In this document: positions 1 to 12,760 of the stretch, piece after piece
Numbering within the stretch: the stretch's first letter is position 1
Layout of the letters: every line of letters starts with the position of its first letter
Origin: Octopus vulgaris
Lineage: Eukaryota
Length of the DNA: 64,000 nucleotides
Reading direction: 5' to 3'
Assembly (NCBI GenBank): GCA_951406725.2
Contig: OX597827.1
Coordinates: 74,338,001 to 74,402,000 of the forward strand
Notes under the pieces: model-generated
The model's input: the letters and a program-made list of their open reading frames with translations, nothing else
Told to the model about the DNA's origin: nothing
Database searches by the model: none
Position numbers and translations under genes: made by a program

Positions 1-88
1 ACCACTAAGCCACACGCCTTTACATCGATAACACAATGAGTTGAAAAAAATCAAAAATACATATACATATATGTACATAAGTACAGAT

Positions 89-94
89 AGTTAT

Positions 95-187
<93 letters not shown>

Positions 188-192
188 TAGAT
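89..192. repeat. (AGAT)n/(AGAC)n microsatellite
   Basis: Directly visible tetranucleotide run. Confidence 0.95.
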
Positions 193-339
193 AAATTTAA
201 TTGAAAACAAGGAAATTATCTTTAACAAGGTGGTGTATACTTCTGTGTCTGTATCTGTGGTTATTTGCCTTGTGCATCATTAATGTGTGTAGTAACGTAT
301 GAATGTGCGTGGATGAATACACAGGATATTCTAGATATA

Positions 340-830
340 CGAGGGTGGGCTGAAAGATTCATAGGACGACTATGAAGGAGTGATGCTAGAGATGTGTAAT
401 CTTGCATGCATTAATTTTCAACTCTACTTCTTAATATCTGTATTGTTTCCTTCCAGGTAAACTGACATCTGATCAAAGAAGACTTCAAATATTACTAATA
501 ACGACTTAATTGAAAATGAACGAAAGTTGACACTGTGCTGTTATCAAATACCTTGAGAGAGAGAAATGAAAATACTTTGTACAAGAAACATGATGAACTT
601 GTCATGACGAATGTTTCCTGCGTGGTGGATGCCACTTCTATTGACACCTGATGGTAAAGTGCACCAGTCGTATAACATCACTGGAAAATCTGACATTGTT
701 TGAGGCAGGTTTAGCTAGTTTCCTTAAATATTTCCTAAGCTAAGATGAGTTTTGGGTTTATCACTTTGAGATAGAGTCAAAAAGACAATAGATGGAGGAG
801 AAACACCCCACCTCCTCTGCTTCAAAGGTC
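340..830 (+). mobile_element. Decayed mariner/Tc1 fragment
   Basis: Starts TA|CGAGGGTGGGCTGAAA (mariner-type terminus). Later sequence resembles the WVP, DE-WVYHF-ESK and KRQS-W motifs with stops and frameshifts. Confidence 0.6.
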
Positions 831-947
831 GTTACACACACATGCATACACATATATCATGCATACACATATGCATACATACATACAAGAAAGATGTACG
901 CCTGTTATTTATGTATGTATGTATGTATATATGACAATATACCCCTC

Positions 948-985
<38 letters not shown>

Positions 986-1069
986 CACACACCCGCATAC
1001 ATAGATACAAGAAAGATGTACGCCTATTATTTATGTATGTACGTATATATGACGAAATACACCCCTCAC

Positions 1070-1110
<41 letters not shown>

Positions 1111-1189
1111 TCCTCTATTTCCTCTGTGGTTTGATACTGTATGTATATATATGTGTGTGTGTGTTTGTGTGTGCAGGCAGGGTTCTACA

Positions 1190-2060
1190 ATCGTAAGGAA
1201 AAAGCAGGGGAATTTTCTTTCTTGATGCTCCTGGTGACACACATAAAAAGTTTTGAAACATTACTTCTCCCCAAAGTGAGACAAAAAAAATTTGTAGTTA
1301 CTGTACCTTTGTCTGGCTTGGCTGCCACCATTCTCACAGGTGGACGAACAGCTCATTCTGCTTTTAAATTACCACTAAACCTCGTGACAACTGACAGTCT
1401 AATTTGTAACATAAGCAAAGATGGAGGTTCAGCAGAAGTGTTGTTCCCATGCCACCATATCATTTAGGGTGAACGTACCATGTCACATAGAGGTGAAATG
1501 GAAGCCCTTGGTAACACCTTACAGGACATCAGAGGCAACAATAAATTTATGGGAGAAGTACAAATCAGTTACTTCAGTCCTTGATGAAAATCAAGCTGTC
1601 CATTACCCAACAGAGTTCCTTAATTCTCTTGAGCCACCTGGAATTCCTCCACATAAACATTTTCTAAAGGTCGAGTCCCAATAATGCTTCTAGGAAATTT
1701 AGATCCTCCTAAATTATGCAATGCGACAGGGTTGATTGTCAAGACATTATCACCTAATGTGACAGAAGCTACCATCATCACTGGATGTGCCTCTGAAGAA
1801 GAGGTTTTCGTTCCAAGAATTTCAATCAAACCAACAGATATGCCCTTTGAGTTCGAACGAACACAATTCCCAGTGCGACTTCCCTTTGCAATGTCTGTTA
1901 ATAAAGCTCAAGGTTAGTATTTGAAGTCTACTGGCGTGATTTTCTTATAGTCAAATTCTTATGGTGAAATTTGCTCCAGTGTAGGTAGTTTGCAAGACCT
2001 ATTTGTCTATCCTCCAAACCAGAAAACAAAGAATATTGTTTACCTAGAATCTCTTACATA
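1190..2060 (+). mobile_element. Helitron PIF1-helicase pseudogene fragment
   Basis: Broken frames give [54 protein letters not shown] and RTQFPVRLPFAMSVNKAQG. Confidence 0.9.
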
Positions 2061-2125
2061 ATTTCCTTCAATTAATGTGGTAGAATTTATCTCCTTGCAT
2101 AAAAGTGGCAAATTTTGTACTTTCG

Positions 2126-2127
<2 letters not shown>

Positions 2128-2218
<91 letters not shown>

Positions 2219-2770
2219 GAGTGAGAAAGCAGTACATGCCATCAAAGTGACACTGGGGTTAAATATACAAAGCCCAGTATACCCATCATGATTACCAGTC
2301 TGATAAGGGTACACCAGACACATGCATCACAACCATCTGTACCCGACATAGTGATCTGATATCAAGATATACAGGTGGGGGCCTAGTTAGAATTTGTTTC
2401 TAGTTGAGTAACCCTTCCTGCTCAAAAGGTCCCTGAATAAGGGTTGTTTAAGGATGTTGAACGAACCACCCATGTTTCCAGATGTGAATTATACAAACCT
2501 CCAAGGATTCATTTCAACACCGGCTATGATGCTCCCCCACTACTTCTGCTTGTGATCAGAGATGCACGTACACTCAGCCACTAGAGGACATGCTCAACTG
2601 GTTACGGTCAAACAACTGACAAGCAAATCTGTGTTATTGAGCAGAATATTTGCTGTAGGCCATCATTTTATACCAAGACAAATCAATGTGCATCATCACA
2701 CTTCCAATCAGTTAATATCAGAAGCCACGAGAGCCACTGCCTCGTACTGCATCAGGGCATACACTGCATC
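2128..2770 (-). mobile_element. Retroposon 3' end / SINE-like repeat with (TAA)n tail
   Basis: Long (TTA)n run at 2128-2218 abutting non-coding sequence I recall as a common octopus repeat; TAA tails are typical of R4/Dong-type mobilisation. Confidence 0.45.
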
Positions 2771-2773
2771 GAT

Positions 2774-3146
<373 letters not shown>

Positions 3147-3154
3147 TCCGAGAT

Positions 3155-3551
3155 ACTCTTTTACTTGTTTCAGTTATTTAACTGCGGCCATGCTGGAGCA
3201 CCGCCTTTAATCGAGCAACTCGACCCCGGGACTTATTCTTGTGTAAGCCCAGTACTTATTCTATCGGTCTCTTTTTCCGAATCGCTAAGTAACGGGAACC
3301 TAAACACACCAGCATCGGTTGTCGAGCAATGCTAGGGGGACAAACACAGACACACAAACACGCACACGCATATATATATATATATACATATATACGACGG
3401 GCTTCTTTCAGTTTCCGTCTACCAAATCCACTCACAAGGCTTTGGTCGGCCCGAAGCTATAGTAGAAGACACTTGCCCAAGGTGCCACGCAGTGGGACTG
3501 AACCCGGAACCATGTGGCTGGTAAACAAGCTACTTACCACACAGCCACTCT
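3155..3551 (-). mobile_element. tRNA-derived octopus-type SINE
   Basis: Reverse complement begins GAGTGGCTGTGTGGTAAGTAGCTTG...GGTTCCGGGTTCAGTCCC (A/B-box-like); same family as 51431 and 52546. Confidence 0.85.
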
Positions 3552-3579
3552 CCCAGGCAACGCCGTGTGCCTTTCCAAG

Positions 3580-3618
<39 letters not shown>

Positions 3619-3634
3619 AAACACACATATATAC

Positions 3635-4160
3635 GGACCAAAACAGTTTGATTCAAATTCGTTGATACTCTTGAATTCTAAGCACGGTACAAGGTGGTAA
3701 AGTGGAATATCCAGGTTGTCGGCTATCAGAGGGCTGAAATTTGCCAGAAATGAATATCTCTGGTGACAACAATACGATGAAGCGTATTTCTTTCTGAGGA
3801 GGGTTGTTAGGGGATATGCAGTTTTTCACAGAGGCAGAGCTGGCAGATGGGGGCACCGGGTGAATATGGTGGGGCTATGTCGACAGTATTCACCGTAATG
3901 CTGGGTATTTCATCTCGGAGATCACGGAGTCTCCAGAGAAAAACAGACAGAGAAGTAGAGTTCCCACTGTCCCTGGATCTGAACGAGTGCATATACAGGG
4001 AGTATGTTCCCTTGGAGTCAGTAGCTGTCATACCCGTATAGTACCTAGTAGGGCCATCGGATGTAGTATGAGTGGCTCTGTATACTACGGCGCTTGAGAC
4101 AGAAGATCCTTCTGGAGGGCACGTGGTAGGGTTTGGGAAGTAGCAGGTTGGGGTTGGGGC
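3635..4160 (-). mobile_element. Penelope-like element 3' remnant (GIY-YIG C-terminus plus pLTR)
   Basis: PPYSPGAPICQLCLCEKLHI matches the PLE C-terminal CxLCxxEK motif; 3635-3740 is similar in inverted orientation to 11085-11360. Confidence 0.65.
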
Positions 4161-4934
4161 AGGTGAGGGTGCATTTTTACGTCTGATAATGCGTGCGGTT
4201 AGATGTGTGTGTACGTATGCATGTATATGTGCACACGTGTTCGTTTAAGCACGTGCGCGCGTATGTGAGTGCAAATGTGCGCGTGTGCGCCTATGTACAA
4301 ACGTGCTCTCACGCATCAATATACACATCATCATCATCATCATCGTTTAGCGTCCGTTTTCCATGCTAGCATGGGTTGGACGGTTCTACTGGGGTCTGTG
4401 AAGCCAGAAGGCTTCATCAGGCCCAGTCAAATCTGGCAGTGTTTCTACGGCTGGATGCCCTTCTAACGCCAACCACTCCGTGAGTGTAGTGGGTGCTTTT
4501 TACGTGCCACCCGCACTGGTGCCAGACAGAGCTGGCAAACGGCCACGAACGGATGGTGCTTTTTATGTGCCACCGGCACGAGGGCCAGGCGAGGCTGGCA
4601 ACGGACACGAAACGGGGCGGTGCTGGCAACGGTCGCGAAACGGAAAGTTCTCTTACATGCCACCGGCACTGGTAACACATCTGCAATTTCCATTGATCGA
4701 TTTCCATTGATCGATTTCGATTCTGATCTTCACTTGCCTCAACGGGTCTTCACAAGCAGAGTTTTGACATGCCACCGGCACTGGTAGCACATCCGCAATT
4801 TCCATTGATCGATTTCGATTCTGATCCTCACTTGCCTCATCACGTCTTCACAAGTAGAGTTTTGTGTCCCAAGAAGGGAAGGTATGCATACGTAGGCTGG
4901 CTCCATCCCATGTAGAAGGCCACGGGTTATGGAC

Positions 4935-7900
4935 TCACTTGTCCTGCCGGGTCTTCTCGCGCACAGCACACTTCCAGAGGTCTCGGTCTCTAGTCATTTC
5001 CTCAGTGAGACCTAAAGTTCGAAGGTCGTGCTTCACCACCTTGTCCCAGGTTTTCCTGGGTCTGCCTCTTCCACAGGTTCCCTCAACCGCTAGGGTGTGG
5101 CACTTTTTCACACAACTATCTTCATCCATTCTCGCCACATGACCATACCAGCGCAAACGTCTCTCTTGCACACCACAACTGATGCTTCTTAGGTCCAGCT
5201 TTTCTCTCAAGGTACTTACACTCTGCCGAGTGTGAGTACCGGCATTACACATCCATCGGAGCATACTGGCTTCATTTCTAGCGAGCTTACGCATATCCTC
5301 AGCAGTCACGGCCCATGTTTCACTGCCATGTAGCATGGCTGTTCGTACACACGCATCATACAGTCTGCCTTTCACTCTGTGCGAGAGGCCTTTTGTCACC
5401 AGCAGAGGTAAGAGCTCTCTGAACTTTGCCCAAGCTATTCTTACTCTAGCAGTTACACTTTCAGCACACCCGCCCCCGCTGCTGACTTGGTCACCTAGGT
5501 AACGGAAACTATCAACTATTTCTAGTTTTTCTCCCTGGAAAGTGACGGAAGTTGGTCTCAGAGCATTTTCAGTGTTTATTGTTCCTGAGCATCTGCCACA
5601 TACAAAAACCATCTTCCTAGTTAGCCTTCCTTTGACATTGCTGCATCTCTTATGTGTCCATAGCTTACACTTGGTGCATCTTATAGAGTTTCTACCTACA
5701 CCTTTTCTACAGATCGAGCAGGGCCATCTACCTGAAGGTGTTTGTGATTTGTCTACCTTCCTACTGATTACGACTTTGGTTTTAGCTAGATTGACTCTGA
5801 GGCCCTTCGATTCTAATCCTTGTTTCCACACCTGAAACTTCTCCTCCAGTTCTGATAGCGACTCAGCAATTAGAGCAAGGTCATCAGCATAGAGGAGCTC
5901 CCAAGGGCATCCTGTCTTGAATTCCTCCGTTATTGCCTGGAGGACTATGATAAATAGGAGAGGGCTGAGTACTGAGCCTTGGTGGACTCCTACCTCTACC
6001 CGGAATTCTTCACTGTACACATTTCCAACCCTCACCCTACTAGCGGCGTCCCTGTACATGGCCCGCACAGCTCTCACTAACCATTCATCTATCCCTAGTT
6101 TCCTCATTGCCCACCAGATAAGGGATCGGGGGACCCTGTCGAAGGCTTTCTCCATGTCAACAAAAGCCAGGTACAGGGGCTTATCTTTGGCTAGGTATTT
6201 CTCCTGCAGCTGCCTTACCAGGAATATAGCATCAGTAGTACTTTTCCCTGGCACAAACCCAAACTGCATCTCATCTAAACTAACTCTCTCTCTAATTAGT
6301 TGGGCTATGACCCTCTCCGTAACCTTCATCACCTGGTCCAACAGCTTGATACCTCTGTAGTTATTTGTATCTAGGGCATCACCTTTACCTTTGTAGCAGT
6401 TGACTATTATACTGCTACACCAGTCATTGGGTATGACCCCTTTGTGTATCACCTGATTAACTATACGGGTGACTAGGCTATAGCCGACACTACCAGACAT
6501 TTTGAGCATCTCTGCAGTGATTCCTGATGGGCCTGGGGCTTTCCCTGTCTTCATGCTTCTAATTGCCTTAGCTACCACGGAACTATCAACTCGGATAGCT
6601 GGTCCCTCTGTTGGGTCAACATTCGGCAGACTCTCTTTATCCCATTCATTTTCTTCATTCAGCAACCTTTCATAGTGGCATCTCCAAACCTCTCTCTTTG
6701 CATCCTCATTTAGCGCAAGTGAACCATCTTCCATGCGAACACACTTCTCTCCTACCACATCACGATTCTCTCTCACACACTGTCTTGCAACACGAAACAC
6801 CTCCAGTCTTTGGTCCTCACGGCGCAGAACATTGGCAAATTTTTCTTATCTGCTTCCCCTCTGGCTAAATAAACCTGTCTCCTAGCTTCTCTTTTGGCAG
6901 TCTGATACAATCCCCTGCTACCCCCATTTTTCCAGACCTTCCAAGCCTGTCTCTTTTCTCTAATAGCCCTGTCTACAATATTGTTCCACCACCACGTTAT
7001 TCTAGGTCGAGAGGGGACTTTGCACCAGCCACAGATCTGGTCAGTGGCTCTCAGCAGGTTGTCCCTTAGAAACGTCCAGCTGTCTTCTACCCCCTGTGAT
7101 GCTCTATCCCCTTCTACTTCGTCAGAGGCTTCAAGTAATATGTCCCTAAATCTCTGTCCATTTGCAGGATCTTTAAGCTTCCAGATCCTTCTTCTCCATA
7201 TTTGTCGTCTTCTGGTTGTCCTCCTAGTCCTGATCCTAAAGTCACTAACTACCAGTCTATGTTGTGGGGTACATTCTTCACCTGGGAAGGTTTTGGCATT
7301 TATAAGCAGCCATCTCTCCCTTTGCCTTGTAAGGATGTAGTCAATTTGGCTGGTATGTTGGCCCGATTGGTAAGTGACTAGGTGGCTGGTAGGTTTCCTG
7401 AAGTTAGTGTTGCAAATCATAAGATTATTTGCATCGCAGAACTCCAGCAGCCTGGTTCCCTCCTCGTTGCGGGAGCCATAGCCATAGCCTCCATGTACGC
7501 CATGGAAGCCCCCAGCATGTCGTCCAACGTGACCATTGAAGTCACCAGCCACAAAGATAAGGTCTCTGTCGTTCGTCAACGAGGTAGTCTGCAGTAGAGT
7601 GTCATAGAATCGGTCTTTCTGTCCATCGGGTAGCCCCGACTGAGGAGCATAGGCTGATATAATGGTTGCTAAACTATGATGAAGCACTAATCTAATCTTA
7701 AGTATTCTGTCACATACTCTGATTACCTCAATTACTTTATCTACCCATTTCTCAGCGATAAGTATACCCACGCCACCAACCCCGTCAGTGTTCCCTGCCC
7801 AGAAAATCTTGTACCTGCGTTCCTTGCCTGTGAGGAACCTAGCTGATCCTCCTCTCCACCTTATTTCTTGCATGCAACATATATCCACACATCTCCGTTC

Positions 7901-8101
7901 AAGCATCTCGACTATCTCACCAGACCTACCTTTCAGAGTGCCAACGTTGAGGGTGCCAACCCTGAGGGTGTGGGAGGCATGGGCTCTAGAGACCCTGGGA
8001 CGGTGGACAGTAGCTTCGTGTACCTGAAAAGAAAGCTCGCATTTGGCAGAATTCATGTGCAAGAAATGAAGTAGTAAAGTAGCCTTCAGTACAACCTGCA
8101 T
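4935..8101 (-). CDS. RTE LINE ORF: APE endonuclease + reverse transcriptase + PHD-like finger (~1055 aa if one A is restored at 6840-6844)
   Basis: GTLNVGTL, MQEIRW, ISAYAPQ, GDFNGHVG, IDYIL and HRLVV (APE); KAPGPSG, NYRGIKLL, QFGF, FVDMEKAFD, GVHQGSVLSP, YADD (5880-5891) and FRYLG (RT). The two tracked ORFs join across AAG AAA AA(A) TTT GCC. Confidence 0.95.
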
Positions 8102-8273
8102 AACGCTAGCCTTTCATATTTTGCACTGTATGAACATTACCTTACATAGGTCGAGACTAGGGGTAGGGAGGGGTAGGGATGGTGAGAACATTTGCAGTCT
8201 TCATGGGAAGCAACCCCGGAATGGCAGAGAATAGGAACTTCCGGCATGCGTGGTGGGGGTGGGAGGGCGGGTG

Positions 8274-11017
8274 CACCGTGTCTGAGTAAAGAGGTTCTGT
8301 TAATCGTATGAGCTAGCAAATGGGTTTGTATGAATCGGGAGACAACACTAAACGAAAAATTGAAAAATCAGAGTGGCTATGAACCTGTAGACAAGTCTAA
8401 ACGAAAAAAAAATGTTTGAGCTAGACAGGGTAATGAGGGAATACTGAAAGAATGAGGGACAATACAATGAGATGGAAATTGAAGAATAGAGAAAGAATAA
8501 GAATAAGTGCAAGAAAGAAGGTAGTCGTAGCGAGGTTGGACGATTCACTTAACTTTTAGCCATTCATGATCTGTGCGTATTCTTTAGATATTTTGAAGCG
8601 AGTGGGGTTAACGATAAATGCGATCGCTCTTTTATATATGGCGATGATGGTTTTGGGAAGGGGGGGCATAGAGAACCATGGCGATGATGGTTATGGGAAG
8701 GGGGGACATAGAGAGAGAGAGATAGGGTTAGTTAGAGAGAGAGGTCAAGGGACACGTGACAATAAGCGGTGTGAGGGAATTTGACTGGGGACGGCATTGT
8801 CGATAAATAAACATTAGATAAATAGGTTTGAAAATCAGAAAAATCAGAGGGAATATCATTATTGATAGCTAATATAACACCGTGTCCGAGTAAAGAGGTT
8901 CTGTTAATCGTATGAGCTAGCAAATGGGTTTGTATGAATCGGGAGACAACACTAAACGAAAAATTGAAAAATCAGAGTGGCTATGAACCTGTAGACAAGT
9001 CTAAACGAAAAAAAAATGTTTGAGCTAGACAGGGTAATGAGGGAATACTGAAAGAATGAGGGACAATACAATGAGATGGAAATTGAAGAATAGAGAAAGA
9101 ATAAGAATAAGTGCAAGGAAGAAGGTAGTCGTAGCGAGGTTGGACGATTCACTTAACTTTTAGCCATTCATGATCTGTGCGTATTCTTTAGATATTTTGA
9201 AGCGAGTGGGGTTAACGATAAATGCGATCGCTCTTTTATATATGGCGATGATGGTTTTGGGAAGGGGGGGGGGCATAGAGAACCATGGCGATGATGGTTA
9301 TGGGAAGGGGGGACATAGAGAGAGAGAGATAGGGTTAGTTAGAGAGAGAGGTCAAGGGACACGTGACAATAAGCGGTGTGAGGGAATTTGACTGGGGACG
9401 GCATTGTCGATAAATAAACATTAGATAAATAGGTTTGAAAATCAGAAAAATCAGAGGGAATATCATTATTGATAGCTAATATAACACCGTGTCCGAGTAA
9501 AGAGGTTCTGTTAATCGTATGAGCTAGCAAATGGGTTTGTATGAATCGGGAGACAACACTAAACGAAAAATTGAAAAATCAGAGTGGCTATGAACCTGTA
9601 GACAAGTCTAAACGAAAAAAATGTTTGAGCTAGACAGGGTAATGAGGGAATACTGAAAGAATGAGGGACAATACAATGAGATGGAAATTGAAGAATAGAG
9701 AAAGAATAAGAATAAGTGCAAGAAAGAAGGTAGTCGTAGCGAGGTTGGACGATTCACTTAACTTTTAGCCATTCATGATCTGTGCGTATTCTTTAGATAT
9801 TTTGAAGCGAGTGGGGTTAACGATAAATGCGATCGCTCTTTTATATATGGCGATGATGGTTTTGGGAAGGGGGGGGCATAGAGAACCATGGCGATGATGG
9901 TTATGGGAAGGGGGGAAATAGAGAGAGAGAGATAGGGTTAGTTAGAGAGAGAGGTCAAGGGACACGTGACAATAAGCGGTGTGAGGGAATTTGACTGGGG
10001 ACGGCATTGTCGATAAATAAACATTAGATAAATAGGTTTGAAAATCAGAAAAATCAGAGGGAATATCATTATTGATAGCTAATATAACATCGTGTCCGAG
10101 TAAAGAGGTTCTGTTAATCGTATGAGCTAGCAAATGGGTTTGTATGAATCGGGAGACAACACTAAACGAAAAATTGAAAAATCAGAGTGGCTATGAACCT
10201 GTAGACAAGTCTAAACGAAAAAAAATGTTTGAGCTAGACAGGGTAATGAGGGAATACTGAAAGAATGAGGGACAATACAATGAGATGGAAATTGAAGAAT
10301 AGAGAAAGAATAAGAATAAGTGCAAGAAAGAAGGTAGTCGTAGCGAGGTTGGACGATTCACTTAACTTTTAGCCATTCATGATCTGTGCGTATTCTTTAG
10401 ATATTTTGAAGCGAGTGGGGTTAACGATAAATGCGATCGCTCTTTTATATATGGCGATGATGGTTTTGGGAAGGGGGGGGCATAGAGAACCATGGCGATG
10501 ATGGTTATGGGAAGGGGGGACATAGAGAGAGAGATAGGGTTAGTTAGAGAGAGAGTCAAGGGACACGTGACAATAAGCGGTGTGAGGGAATTTGACTGGG
10601 GACGGCATTGTCGATAAATAAACATTAGATAAATAGGTTTGAAAATCAGAAAAATCAGAGGGAATATCATTATTGATAGCTAATATAACACCGTGTCCGA
10701 GTAAAGAGGTTCTGTTAATCGTATGAGCTAGCAAATGGGTTTGTATGAATCGGGAGACAACACTAAACGAAAAATTGAAAAATCAGAGTGGCTATGAACC
10801 TGTAGACAAGTCTAAACGAAAAAAAATGTTTGAGCTAGACAGGGTAATGAGGGAATACTGAAAGAATGAGGGACAATACAATGAGATGGAAATTGAAGAA
10901 TAGAGAAAGAATAAGAATAAGTGCAAGGAAGAAGGTAGTCGTAGCGAGGTTGGACGATTCACTTAACTTTTAGCCATTCATGATCTGTGCGTATTCTTTA
11001 GATATTTTGAAGCGAGT
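8274..11017. repeat. Tandem array of ~604-bp monomers, 4 full copies plus ~330 bp
   Basis: Units start CACCGTGTC(C/T)GAGTAAAGAGG at 8274, 8878, 9485, 10088 (CATCGTG variant) and 10689; differences are mostly homopolymer length. Confidence 0.97.
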
Positions 11018-11287
11018 ACACAAAACTATATGAACGCTTCTAAACACCCACTTATAGAACTATATACTTGCACATGCCGCCACTTCTTACTAACCGCCGA
11101 CAACCTGACTGACTTCTAGTCTATTTCTTGTCCTCCACGTTGTCAATTTCCTGTTCACCTTGCGGTATTTTCCAGCTGATTGTTACCCATATACCAACAT
11201 CAAAACACGACACCGCATGACCTTCCTCGACCAATCGCAGTCCACCCTACACTAATAATAATCAACTTTTGTCATTCAAATTCAAAA

Positions 11288-11328
11288 TGGCTGACGACTA
11301 ACATCGTGCTTGAAACTCTAGAGTACCA
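11288..11328 (+). ncRNA. Minimal type I hammerhead ribozyme motif (PLE pLTR)
   Basis: UGG-CUGACGA-[weak stem II]-GAA-ACUCUAGAGU-A-CCA: intact core, palindromic stem III, 3-bp stem I. Confidence 0.65.
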
Positions 11329-11437
11329 AGTAATTTGAATCAAACTATTTTGATCCATACTTGTAACTCCTAATAAATTGGTCGAGTGCCATTTATTCGT
11401 CTGTCCACTCACTCGTATATATATATATATATATATA

Positions 11438-11595
11438 CTTTATTTAAAGCAGCAGAAAATTCAACAAAACCTGATACTCTGAGTTTCCCGTTGCCGTCCT
11501 TCGGCCAGTTTTTGCTAGCAAAAACTGTCCGATGAACGGCAACGGGAAACTCAGAGTAACAGGTTTTGTTGAATTTTCTGCTGCTTTAAATAAAG
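11438..11595. repeat. 158-bp loopless palindrome of a PLE pLTR containing a hammerhead-like motif (11525-11562)
   Basis: 79-bp arms centred on GCT|AGC with 4 mismatches; right arm reads CUGU-CCGAUGA-ACGGCAACGG-GAA-ACUCAGAGU-A-ACAG. Confidence 0.9.
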
Positions 11596-11759
11596 CATAT
11601 TACTCTACCACAGGTATTTGAGTACTCTTTTTTCCACCTTGTTTCATATTTATGTGTTTACTCCAGAGGAATATATAAATTTACTCCAGAGGAATATATA
11701 AACCAAATTCCAACCTAGTCTGATTTTAACGTTTTACCATATAAATTTTTTAGAAATTC

Positions 11760-12760
11760 ACAATATTATAATATTTGAGTGAAGAAGCAAGGAGACGAGA
11801 TTTTGGATACCCCATGGACAGCTTTGATTGCGCTGAAAGTGCAGATCTTGTTAAACTGTTGTAGCTGAGAATGCTTAGGGATAAATTATCAAGCGTTCAC
11901 CTCGGACTGTATCGCAATGATGGAATGGATAGAGACAAAATTGGTTGATACAGTAAAACAAAAAAAAAAAAAAGAAATCATTAATAAGTATTTTCAAAAA
12001 TTTCGAACTCAAGACAAGTCATGACTAATCCGATGATGTTGATATTTCTACATCTGACTCTTGATCTAAGCAATGGCTTAAACCGACCATATCATAATCC
12101 AAGTAAAGATGACATCTACATCAACAAAGGCTAAAACTCGGCATATGGTTGACAATACCAGAAAATATATTTCCAATATTCTAATAGGGAAATATTCAAC
12201 AGAGCCGCCCCATACTACCAAAACTTCCATTAAACAATGTGGCTCCATCAACAAAATAAAATACTATCCCCAACAAGAAATTGAAGCACAAAGACAAAAA
12301 TGTAATACGGTGTAACCCTCTCTACATCATCAACATGTCAAACAACCTCGCCAGACGTTTTCTCTTTCGTATAAGAAAGCTCTTTCTCAGTAAGCAAAGA
12401 CACCACAAATATTCAATAAGAGCACGGTGTACGCTAGTTGCAGCTGCCTTGGTAATAGAGAATCACACATACTAAACTACGATACGAGAACTACTCCTAC
12501 AAACAATTAAAATCCGATTCCACAAGGTTGTAATTGTTGAAAATGGTCGCAATGACCACTCTATTACAGGGGTTTCTATATCAGTTTCTAAGCACATCTC
12601 GTACCTAAATGACAGTGATTATCAACAAGAGGAGACTTTTAGCTAATGCTAGTTCCTATAATGGAATGAATACAAGATGAAATATGTACGTAAGGAAAAA
12701 GCGGAATATCGTGTTTGCAATTAATATCCTAAAATCAAGAGAGGAGATACGTTCACTCTA
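11760..12760 (+). mobile_element. Decayed Penelope-like RT/GIY-YIG remnant
   Basis: Degenerate F-x-x-PMDSFDCAE, LGLYRNDG and a terminal NILKSREEI resembling PLE RT motifs and the C-terminus. Confidence 0.65.

Larger units (their letters stand above)
4326..11080 (-). mobile_element. Young, near full-length RTE-clade LINE with tandem-repeat 5' region
   Basis: (CAT)6 tail at 4326-4343, ~590-bp 3' UTR, APE+RT ORF and repeat array upstream. The 5' boundary is uncertain and no TSD was found. Confidence 0.88.

Noticed and set aside
880-1110. ~120-bp local duplication
   Set aside because: Microsatellite-bounded slippage duplication with no functional signal
8102-8273. HDV-like ribozyme expected in RTE 5' UTRs
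   Set aside because: I could not assemble the nested double pseudoknot by eye; needs an RNArobo or Infernal search
8274-11017. Array as CRISPR, or its repeated 63-97-aa ORFs as genes
   Set aside because: No unique spacers and the context is eukaryotic; the ORFs are broken by indels in some units
4300-11210. Target-site duplication for the RTE LINE
   Set aside because: Only loose ATATAC..CAT matches on the right side; none convincing
3635-11400. One Penelope element split by the LINE
   Set aside because: The two inverted pLTR-like pieces are quite diverged and separated by unrelated simple repeats; independent insertions are as likely
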